DNA of 64,000 nucleotides from Thiotrichales bacterium (GTDB lineage Bacteria; Pseudomonadota; Gammaproteobacteria; Francisellales; CACEW01): NCBI GenBank assembly GCA_947478525.1, contig CANJVU010000011.1, positions 3,453 to 67,452 of the forward strand, read 5' to 3'. Shown piece by piece: positions 56,961 to 64,000 of this stretch (position 1 is its first letter; each line of letters starts with the position of its first letter). The notes under the pieces were generated by a model. It saw only the letters and a program-made list of their open reading frames with translations, ran no database searches and was not told where the DNA came from. The position numbers and the translations under genes were made by a program.

Positions 56961-58295
56961 ATGAATAAAAAATTACTGCTTTCACTTTTTTTGATCAGCA
57001 CTTCGTTCACCGCCATGGCTGACGCCGATAGTAGCGCTCCAGCACCAGAAATGCTCAATCGCATGGTGGCCATAGCCAATCAAGATGCAATCACCCAAAG
57101 CCAGCTCAATGAAGCCATGCGTCAAACCAAAATGCAGATTCAACAAGCTGGGCTGACGCCTCCTGCTGAACTGCCACTTGAACGTCAGGTGCTACAACAA
57201 TTAATTCTACAGAAAATTGCACTACAGCTGGCTAAAGTGAACAATATCAATATCAGTGAGGACGATGTCAATCAAGCGATCAATGGCCTATTGACCAACA
57301 ATCATGCCACTGAGGCACAACTACAAGCATCACTACAAGCGTCTGGTGTTAATTATAATGCTTATCGCGAAACCATACGCACTCAATTGACCATTTCTCG
57401 ACTAGAACAAAAAGCTGTGGCTGGCACCATCATGATCTCTCCACAGGAGATCGATAATTTTCTCGCAGCTCAAGCGAAATTGCCCAATAAAAACAACCAG
57501 TATGACCTCTCGCATATTTTGATTTCGCTACCCAGCAACCCTACGCCAGCGATGATTGCACAATACAAAGCCAAGGCGCAAAATATCGCTGACCAGATTA
57601 CTCAACATAAACTCACCTTTGCCAAAGCAGCAATGCAATATTCTGCTGCGGGTGACGCTATGCAGGGGGGAAATTTGGGCTACAAAACCTCAAACGAACT
57701 GCCCACCTTGTTTGTTACTTATTTACCAACGATGACCAATGGCAGTGTCGTAGGCCCGATTCAAGATGCCAATGGTTTTCACATCATCACACTTAACGGC
57801 GTTAAAACTCCCCCACCAGAACAACATTTTGTGCAACAGTACCACGTCGAAAATATTTTAATTAAAACCACCCCTATTGTCGATGATGCGCGCGCCCAAA
57901 CCATGCTCAATGAATTGAAAGAAGCGATTGAAAACGGCAAAAATTTTGCCGACCTGGCACAGCAAAACTCGCAAGACACAGATTCCCGCAGCCAAGGCGG
58001 TGATATGGGTTGGAAAAGTTTAAATCAATTCAATGACTCCAGCATGGCCAATGAAGTATCGTCATTGCCGCTTAATTCGGTAAGTAGCCCATTCAAAACC
58101 GATGCTGGCTGGCAGATTATTAAAGTGCTCGGCAAGCGGCAATATGATGACACGGCGGATTATTTACGCCAACAAGCCGCTGAAACTTTGTTCAACCAAA
58201 AAGCACAAAGTGCACTGCAAACCTGGCAGGATAAGATTCTCGGTGAATCATATGTGAATATTTTGGTGCCAGACTTAAAACCAACTGCTTCATAA
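56961..58295 (+). CDS. surA: periplasmic chaperone / PPIase SurA
   Basis: Signal peptide, a SurA N-domain, and two parvulin-like domains (HILI..., GGDMGW). Confidence 0.9.
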   Translation: MNKKLLLSLFLISTSFTAMADADSSAPAPEMLNRMVAIANQDAITQSQLNEAMRQTKMQIQQAGLTPPAELPLERQVLQQLILQKIALQLAKVNNINISEDDVNQAINGLLTNNHATEAQLQASLQASGVNYNAYRETIRTQLTISRLEQKAVAGTIMISPQEIDNFLAAQAKLPNKNNQYDLSHILISLPSNPTPAMIAQYKAKAQNIADQITQHKLTFAKAAMQYSAAGDAMQGGNLGYKTSNELPTLFVTYLPTMTNGSVVGPIQDANGFHIITLNGVKTPPPEQHFVQQYHVENILIKTTPIVDDARAQTMLNELKEAIENGKNFADLAQQNSQDTDSRSQGGDMGWKSLNQFNDSSMANEVSSLPLNSVSSPFKTDAGWQIIKVLGKRQYDDTADYLRQQAAETLFNQKAQSALQTWQDKILGESYVNILVPDLKPTAS

Positions 58296-58296
58296 T

Positions 58297-59061
58297 ATGA
58301 AACACCAACCGCGCAAACGCTTCGGCCAAAATTTTCTACATGATCCTTCGGTGCTGTATCGCATCGCTCAAGCGGTGCGCGTCAAACCCACTGATCACCT
58401 GGTTGAAATCGGCCCTGGCCAAGGCGCACTGACGGATGTATTGATTGATGATTGTGGCCATTACAGCGCCATTGAACTTGACCGCGATTTGATTGAGCCC
58501 TTACGCCAGCAATTTAAACAGCCACACTTTCAGCTGCACTCAGGCGATGCCTTACAATTTGATTTTGGCACCTTGGTACCAAAACCTTTACGTATCGTCG
58601 GTAACTTACCCTACAATATCTCCGCGCCTTTGCTGGTAAAGCTAATGGATTACAGCACTCAAATTCAAGACATTCATGTGATGTTGCAACAGGAAATGGC
58701 CGAACGTATTACCGCTATTCCTGGCACTAAAGACTACGGTCGATTGAGCGTGATGCTGCAATATTTTTGCCATGCGGAATCATTGTTTGTCGTTCCCCCA
58801 GAAGCGTTTGATCCAGTTCCGAAGGTGATGTCGATGGTGGTGCGCATGATCCCCTACCCACAAAAACCACATATCGCCAATGACCTTAAAAAACTAGACC
58901 AACTCCTGCGCCAAGCCTTTAGCCAGCGCCGCAAAACCATTAGCAATACGTTGAAACCTTATTTTACCAAAGAACAGTTATCCAGCTTTGGCATTGATCC
59001 ACAGCAACGCCCGGAAACCATTACTGTTGGACAGTATGTGATGTTGGGTAATAAAATCTAA
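58297..59061 (+). CDS. rsmA: 16S rRNA (adenine1518/1519-N6)-dimethyltransferase
   Basis: KRFGQNFLHD, EIGPGQGALT and GNLPYNIS motifs. Confidence 0.95.
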   Translation: MKHQPRKRFGQNFLHDPSVLYRIAQAVRVKPTDHLVEIGPGQGALTDVLIDDCGHYSAIELDRDLIEPLRQQFKQPHFQLHSGDALQFDFGTLVPKPLRIVGNLPYNISAPLLVKLMDYSTQIQDIHVMLQQEMAERITAIPGTKDYGRLSVMLQYFCHAESLFVVPPEAFDPVPKVMSMVVRMIPYPQKPHIANDLKKLDQLLRQAFSQRRKTISNTLKPYFTKEQLSSFGIDPQQRPETITVGQYVMLGNKI

Positions 59062-59480
59062 CGATCCATCACCGCCATCGTCAATCGATTCACTGACACC
59101 AGTTTATCCTGCTCATCTTTGATTTCAATCGACCATACTTGTGTTGAACGCCCTAAATGAAAAGGCTTAGCCGTGGCATAAACAAACCCTTCGCGCACGG
59201 AACGGATATGGTTGGTATTAATGTCCAACCCAACACAGTATTGCTTGGTTAACTCAAGGCAAAAATTTCCTGCAATACTGCCCACCGTTTCTGCCAGCAC
59301 ACACGACGCCCCACCATGCATAATGCCAATCGGCTGCTTGGTGCGTTGATCAACCGGCATTTTGGCGACAAGGTAATCCTCGCCCACTTCGGTAAATTCA
59401 ATCCCCAGATGCGTGACCATGGTGTTTTGGCTACGGGCGTTAGCGATATCGATGCTAAATGGCGTTTTCCAAATAGACAT
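59058..59480 (-). CDS. PaaI/hotdog-fold thioesterase
   Basis: IMHGGASCVLAETVGS motif. Start trimmed to MSIWKTPF, with a GGAGAA RBS upstream (140 aa). Confidence 0.85.
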   Translation of the reverse strand: MSIWKTPFSIDIANARSQNTMVTHLGIEFTEVGEDYLVAKMPVDQRTKQPIGIMHGGASCVLAETVGSIAGNFCLELTKQYCVGLDINTNHIRSVREGFVYATAKPFHLGRSTQVWSIEIKDEQDKLVSVNRLTMAVMDR

Positions 59481-59490
59481 AAAATTCTCC

Positions 59491-60276
59491 TTACAACGTC
59501 GGCAAACGTCCACCATCAACGGGAATCGCGGCACCAGTGATGTAACTGGCGGCAGGCGATGCCAAAAAACCCACCAACGCAGCAACTTCTTCTGGCTGGC
59601 CCATACGCCCCATCGGAATGGTACTGATGTTTTTTTCAAAGACTGCTTCGATCGAGGTCTTTTGACGTTCCGAGGCTTGCTGCATCAGTTGGCTGGAACG
59701 CTCAGTATCAATAAACCCGGGCAACACCGAATTAACCGTAATGCCATCAATGGCGACCTCACCCGCCAAGGTCTTGGCCCAAGCAGCGACCGCCCAACGG
59801 ATGGTATTGGACACGCCTAAATTGGGAATCGGGCAGCGCACGGAAGTTGAGACGATATTAATGATGCGCCCAAAACCACGTTGCTTCATGCCAGGTAACA
59901 CATGTCTGGCGATCATAGCATTAACTTGCAGATGTTGATCAAACGCGGCGGCGAACTGGCCTTCGGTGGCTTCCGCAATCAAGCCAGGATTAGGTCCACC
60001 GGTATTATTAATCACGATATCGATATGATGCTCTACCACTACTTTCGCCATTTGCTGCGCCAGTAATTCACGTTGGGTGGTATCGGCCACCAGGTAATAG
60101 TGGGTTCTGCCGGTTAACGCGGCCAATTCATTGGCCAATAATGACAACGTTTCTTTACGGCGTGCGGCAATAATTACCGTTGCACCCAATTCTGCCAACT
60201 GCACCGCACAGGCACGACCAATGCCCTGCGACGCACCAAAAATTAATGCTACCTTACCGGTGAGATCCATTTTCAT
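59491..60276 (-). CDS. short-chain dehydrogenase/reductase (SDR)
   Basis: TGKVALIFGASQGIGRA cofactor motif, NNTGG, and the catalytic region. Start trimmed to MKMDLTGK. Confidence 0.88.
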   Translation of the reverse strand: MKMDLTGKVALIFGASQGIGRACAVQLAELGATVIIAARRKETLSLLANELAALTGRTHYYLVADTTQRELLAQQMAKVVVEHHIDIVINNTGGPNPGLIAEATEGQFAAAFDQHLQVNAMIARHVLPGMKQRGFGRIINIVSTSVRCPIPNLGVSNTIRWAVAAWAKTLAGEVAIDGITVNSVLPGFIDTERSSQLMQQASERQKTSIEAVFEKNISTIPMGRMGQPEEVAALVGFLASPAASYITGAAIPVDGGRLPTL

Positions 60277-61577
60277 GACACAACTTTCCTTCCATAGGTT
60301 TCTGGCAATGCAAAAGCACAAACAATACTCACGATAAAACCAATCAATAAAATCATCAAGGCATCATGATAGGCGGACATCGGATACCATTTGATACCAC
60401 TGATTTCCTTGCCTTCCCAGCCCCGACTTAACAACCAACCCATCAGTGGCTGCAATACCGTTGGCAACGCCATAATCAATACCGACGCAAATCCCAACGC
60501 AGAACCCACCATCGATTCAGAATTGCATTCCCGCGTCACGGCATAACCAATAATCTGTGCAGCAGTGAAAAACCCCAATACAAAAAACAGTACAATTTCA
60601 TGCCAGTACGTTAGATTCGGCACATACATAATCACCGCAAACAGCACCAATGAAACGCATGCTGACAACAACATCGGCAAGCGGCGACTTTTGAGCCAAT
60701 CGGTGGCAAAACCAAACACCGTCGAACCCACAATGGTTCCGATGAAAATCATCATGCTCACGGTCGCCCCTTGCGCCTGCGACAACCCTGCAGTTTGCTG
60801 CATGGTTTGCGTGCCAAATAAACCCGCCAACAACATAATCGGTAAATTCATCGTTGCAATATAAAGCCCCGCCAACCAGTTATGGCGATTACGCAAAATC
60901 AACCATAAGCCTTTGCCAAAGCCAATCGGTTTCTGATCAGTTTGCGACTGCTGCAACAAAGCAAAACATTTTTGCACCGGCGCATCGCGTACCACCACGA
61001 CAATCACCAACAAAATCACCACGCCCATAATGGCGACAATGCGCAATGCACTGCGCCAGCCGACATCATCAATCAGCCACACCAAGGGCGTTTGCGACAC
61101 TGCACCACCGAGCATTCCTAAGGTCACCACCACACCGGTGACTTGCCCCATTTTCACCGCGGGGAACCATTGCGCCGCCAGGCGTAAAATACTCAACAAA
61201 CAAAAAGCACTGGCGGTTCCGGCAAGAAACCGTGCCACCACCAGAAACCAGGCATTGGTGGCGAGTGTAATCAACAGCGTACCGAGGATGCACATCACCA
61301 TCCCCAGAATCAGCAGCTTTTTAGAAGAAAAATAATCCGACAAGGCACCCGCCGGATACAGCAATATAGTGTCCGATAAAAAGTAAAAACATGCCACCAG
61401 ACCCAACTGTAACGCTGACAAATGAAATGTTTGCTCAAAGCTATCTGCCAGCGAATTGAACATATTCATTTGGATAAATTCGTAGAAAAAGAACAACGCG
61501 GCAATCAGGGTAATTGCCCAGGCCATCGCCTGATCACGGCGTGGCCAAAACATCGTATCATCAGAAAAATGGGTCAT
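60273..61577 (-). CDS. MFS transporter (12 TMS type)
   Basis: 434 aa, polytopic and hydrophobic. A 4-nt overlap joins it to the downstream SDR gene. Confidence 0.8.
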   Translation of the reverse strand: MTHFSDDTMFWPRRDQAMAWAITLIAALFFFYEFIQMNMFNSLADSFEQTFHLSALQLGLVACFYFLSDTILLYPAGALSDYFSSKKLLILGMVMCILGTLLITLATNAWFLVVARFLAGTASAFCLLSILRLAAQWFPAVKMGQVTGVVVTLGMLGGAVSQTPLVWLIDDVGWRSALRIVAIMGVVILLVIVVVVRDAPVQKCFALLQQSQTDQKPIGFGKGLWLILRNRHNWLAGLYIATMNLPIMLLAGLFGTQTMQQTAGLSQAQGATVSMMIFIGTIVGSTVFGFATDWLKSRRLPMLLSACVSLVLFAVIMYVPNLTYWHEIVLFFVLGFFTAAQIIGYAVTRECNSESMVGSALGFASVLIMALPTVLQPLMGWLLSRGWEGKEISGIKWYPMSAYHDALMILLIGFIVSIVCAFALPETYGRKVVS

Positions 61578-61589
61578 GGGTACTACTCG

Positions 61590-62138
61590 TTAAGTCGGCT
61601 GGCGAATAAACTTCTGCCGATAATACCGCAATTCTTCGATAGATTCGAGGATGTCAGCAAGTGCCTGGTGTTTATTTTCTTTTTTAAAGCCTTTATAAAC
61701 CTCCGGCTGCCAGCGTTTGGCCAATTCTTTGAGAGTACTGACATCCAGCAAACGATAATGGAAAAACGCTTCCAGCTTGGGCATATAACGCGCCAAAAAG
61801 CGGCGATCTTGCCATACGCTATTGCCACACAACGGTGAAGCGCCTTGCTTCACATGTTTTTCCAAAAACTCAATGGTTTTCTGTTGTGCCTCTTGTTCGG
61901 TAATGGTGCTTTGTTGTACCCGCTCAATCAGTCCTGACTGGCCGTGGAACTTTTTATTCCAGCTGTCCATACTTTCCAACAGCACTTCGCCCTGATGAAT
62001 CGCAAATACAGGGCCTTCCGCCACCACATTCAGATCATCATCGGTAACAATGGTAGCAATCTCAATGATGCGGTCATATTCCGGATTTAACCCGGTCATC
62101 TCTAAATCCATCCACACCAATTTGGAACGTTGTGCCAT
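61590..62138 (-). CDS. orn: oligoribonuclease
   Basis: [11 protein letters not shown] (DEDDh exo I), and [13 protein letters not shown]...HQALADI. Confidence 0.95.
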   Translation of the reverse strand: MAQRSKLVWMDLEMTGLNPEYDRIIEIATIVTDDDLNVVAEGPVFAIHQGEVLLESMDSWNKKFHGQSGLIERVQQSTITEQEAQQKTIEFLEKHVKQGASPLCGNSVWQDRRFLARYMPKLEAFFHYRLLDVSTLKELAKRWQPEVYKGFKKENKHQALADILESIEELRYYRQKFIRQPT

Positions 62139-62226
62139 CGCCGCTTACCTTTTGAAATAGTTATGATGATTATAGAGCAGACCATCATCGTGTCAATAAA
62201 CGCTTTTGCGCAACTATTTAGCGATA

Positions 62227-63369
62227 CTACACCTGCAAATAATTCATCAACGAAAACGTCGCCAAAAATTTCGTTAAATCCCTGACATGAACACCGGTTG
62301 CTGTATCGAATTCTTTTGGACAATTAAATACCAATTGATACGCATGTTTCAATTTTAACGCTTTTTGAAAAAATTCAAAATGCTTACTTGGCCCAGTGTC
62401 AGAGGTTTTGACCTCACAACAAAAAACCGGCTTATCATCAACCACCACCAGAAAATCGATTTCTTGATTGTCTCGAGTGCGCAGATAATGTAATCGTGCA
62501 TTTAACCCTTGAGTATCTTCAATATAATGAATTTCCTTGAGTAACGCACAGGCTACTAAATTTTCAATTCTTGCGCCTTCATCTTTCACTCGCGGCACAT
62601 CGAAAAAATAAAATTTAGGTTCTTTCAAAATCGCCCGCGCAATATTGTGATGATAAGGGGTCACTTTAAATAAAACATAGAAATTCTCCAACAGCAACGT
62701 CCATGCCTTAATGGTTTTAGCATCAACCTGTAAATCCTGCGCCAAATTCACATACGACAACGGAGAAGCGATACGTTGTGTAATCAGATCAATTAAAATT
62801 TCAATATTTTTAATGGATCTAACGGCCGTTAAATCCAAAAAATCTTGCCGCAAAATAACATCCAGATGAGTTTTGCGCCAGCGGCGATAGAATACTGGCG
62901 TGTTCTTTAAAAAAGGCTCTGGAAAACCACTAAGCGTTAGTATTTTATTGGCAACCACGTCAGCAGATTGATGTCCAAATTCCACCCCCTCTTTAATGTC
63001 AAGAGGGTGTAATCGAAATTGAAAATAACGCCCCGCCATGGAATCACCCACTTTAGCGAAAGCTTCCATATTGGCGCTGCCGGTAACAATCAAACGCGGT
63101 CGATTGCCTTCGGTGTCATAGATCCCCTTAATCCAACGTTTCCATTCCGGCATTTTATGCAATTCGTCAAAAATGATACAATCTGCTTCTCGCGACCAAT
63201 GCTTTTTAGCAATGGCTTCGCGATCAGCAGCCAGGTCATAATTTAGATACACATAGTTTTTGAATAATGCCTTTGATAACGTGGTTTTGCCACACTGCCT
63301 GGGGCCACTGATCAGAATCACTTTGTCATCACTATCGTGTTGAACCAGGTCTTGCAAATAGCGTTTCAT
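62227..63369 (-). CDS. AAA-type ATPase with a C-terminal DUF4143-like domain
   Basis: Walker A ISGPRQCGKTT and Walker B IIFDELH. The architecture is typical of AAA_14 + DUF4143 proteins. Confidence 0.75.
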   Translation of the reverse strand: MKRYLQDLVQHDSDDKVILISGPRQCGKTTLSKALFKNYVYLNYDLAADREAIAKKHWSREADCIIFDELHKMPEWKRWIKGIYDTEGNRPRLIVTGSANMEAFAKVGDSMAGRYFQFRLHPLDIKEGVEFGHQSADVVANKILTLSGFPEPFLKNTPVFYRRWRKTHLDVILRQDFLDLTAVRSIKNIEILIDLITQRIASPLSYVNLAQDLQVDAKTIKAWTLLLENFYVLFKVTPYHHNIARAILKEPKFYFFDVPRVKDEGARIENLVACALLKEIHYIEDTQGLNARLHYLRTRDNQEIDFLVVVDDKPVFCCEVKTSDTGPSKHFEFFQKALKLKHAYQLVFNCPKEFDTATGVHVRDLTKFLATFSLMNYLQV

Positions 63370-63454
63370 ATAGAAAATACCTCATCATTATAGCAATGGC
63401 ATTTTAGGAGTAAGTTCCCGTTTTGTCAATACTTTTCAGGAAATCACTCCGGTT

Positions 63455-63799
63455 TTGCCAAAAGCAACTGCGGCTGCACCATTATCGGGCATAGCAGCCA
63501 ATACTGTTGTCACTTTGAATGACAATACTAGCAATCAAAATTACACGCAAACCGTTTCCTGGAATAACAGCGCGGTATTTAAAGATTTACCTGCAGGAGA
63601 TAACGTGAAGGTATCAGTACCCACGGTGACCAATATTGCCGGACTGGCCTTCACTTCCGCCTGGTCGATGAACCGTGACTACCCTTGCGGCTACCATGCA
63701 GATGGCTTAACCCATGATAATGCGCAAACCTCTTGCACTGGTCCTGCTGGTTATCAAACCCAGGCTTTCCAATTCAGCCATGCCTTAATGGGCAGCTAA
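63455..63799 (+). CDS. hypothetical protein (possibly a gene fragment)
   Basis: 114-aa ORF with a TTG start and no signal peptide. The sequence is beta-rich and Cys-containing. A strong terminator follows. Confidence 0.35.
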   Translation: MPKATAAAPLSGIAANTVVTLNDNTSNQNYTQTVSWNNSAVFKDLPAGDNVKVSVPTVTNIAGLAFTSAWSMNRDYPCGYHADGLTHDNAQTSCTGPAGYQTQAFQFSHALMGS

Positions 63800-63830
63800 T
63801 TGGCTCAGCAATATAGTTAACCCCAAAAAA

Positions 63831-63855
63831 CCCGAGGCAACCCCTCGGGTTTTTT
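63831..63855. terminator. bidirectional rho-independent terminator
   Basis: CCCGAGG-CAACC-CCTCGGG stem-loop, flanked by A6 upstream and T6 downstream. It lies between convergent ORF ends. Confidence 0.8.
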
Positions 63856-63857
63856 AA

Positions 63858-64000
63858 TTATGCTCGCTCATTTTTTGTAGATTGCCACGGCTCACCCTTC
63901 AGTAAGTTAATCAGTTCTCGCCTAACCAGGGTCTCGGCTTCTTGTATGTGCCAATTTATTCCAGGTCTGATCAGATAAGACATCTCTGATTGAAAATCAG
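63858..64000 (-). CDS. 3' end of an unidentified CDS that continues beyond the window
   Basis: The open frame runs off the window edge, ending ...MSYLIRPGINWHIQEAETLVRRELINLLKGEPWQSTKNERA followed by a stop. It terminates just before the bidirectional terminator. Confidence 0.4.
   Translation of the reverse strand, partial: DFQSEMSYLIRPGINWHIQEAETLVRRELINLLKGEPWQSTKNERA

Noticed and set aside
59481-59639. An N-terminal 53-aa extension of the thioesterase ORF (W/R-rich), overlapping the SDR gene.
   Set aside because: The internal ATG at 59480 has a GGAGAA RBS and gives a normal 140-aa hotdog protein. The extension overlaps the SDR coding sequence.
63950-64000. The stem-loop TCTGA-TTGAAAA-TCAG resembles a tRNA-Phe (GAA) anticodon arm at the window edge.
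   Set aside because: The upstream 30 nt do not form a D-arm or an acceptor stem. The region is also in frame within a minus-strand CDS that runs off the window.

Overview
This 64-kb chromosomal window comes from a Gram-negative gammaproteobacterium. Its gene content suggests a Legionellales-like, host-associated organism, but that is inference, not a search result. All family calls below come from motifs I recognise in the supplied translations; no database search was possible.

About three quarters of the window is conserved housekeeping synteny:
- ispB / rplU-rpmA-obgE
- rimO, greA
- yceD-rpmF-plsX-fabH
- rne
- kdsB-ycaR-lpxK
- tsaD / rpsU-yqeY-dnaG-rpoD-coq7
- rpe-djlA-dsbG
- lptD-surA-rsmA
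- orn

The first ~14.3 kb, ending at a tRNA-Pro(CGG) gene, looks accessory and partly decayed. It contains:
- truncated gene remnants;
- a divergent cluster of a pentapeptide-repeat protein and a 932-aa protein with a DUF900-type GxSxG hydrolase domain, the latter translationally coupled to a membrane-anchored WD40-like protein;
- two transporters;
- a tandemly duplicated, diverged module of a phage-type repressor plus small proteins. Its small-protein domain also occurs four times in a neighbouring 309-aa protein.

Single accessory insertions inside the core blocks include:
- a 1015-aa protein with a eukaryotic-type OTU cysteine-protease domain and glycine-zipper membrane segments;
- a secreted GH64-like beta-1,3-glucanase between yceD and rne;
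- a YefM/YoeB toxin-antitoxin pair;
- a fused double D-Ala-D-Ala-ligase-like protein;
- a tail-anchored cold-shock-domain protein.

I saw no CRISPR array, rRNA, IS element or integrase.
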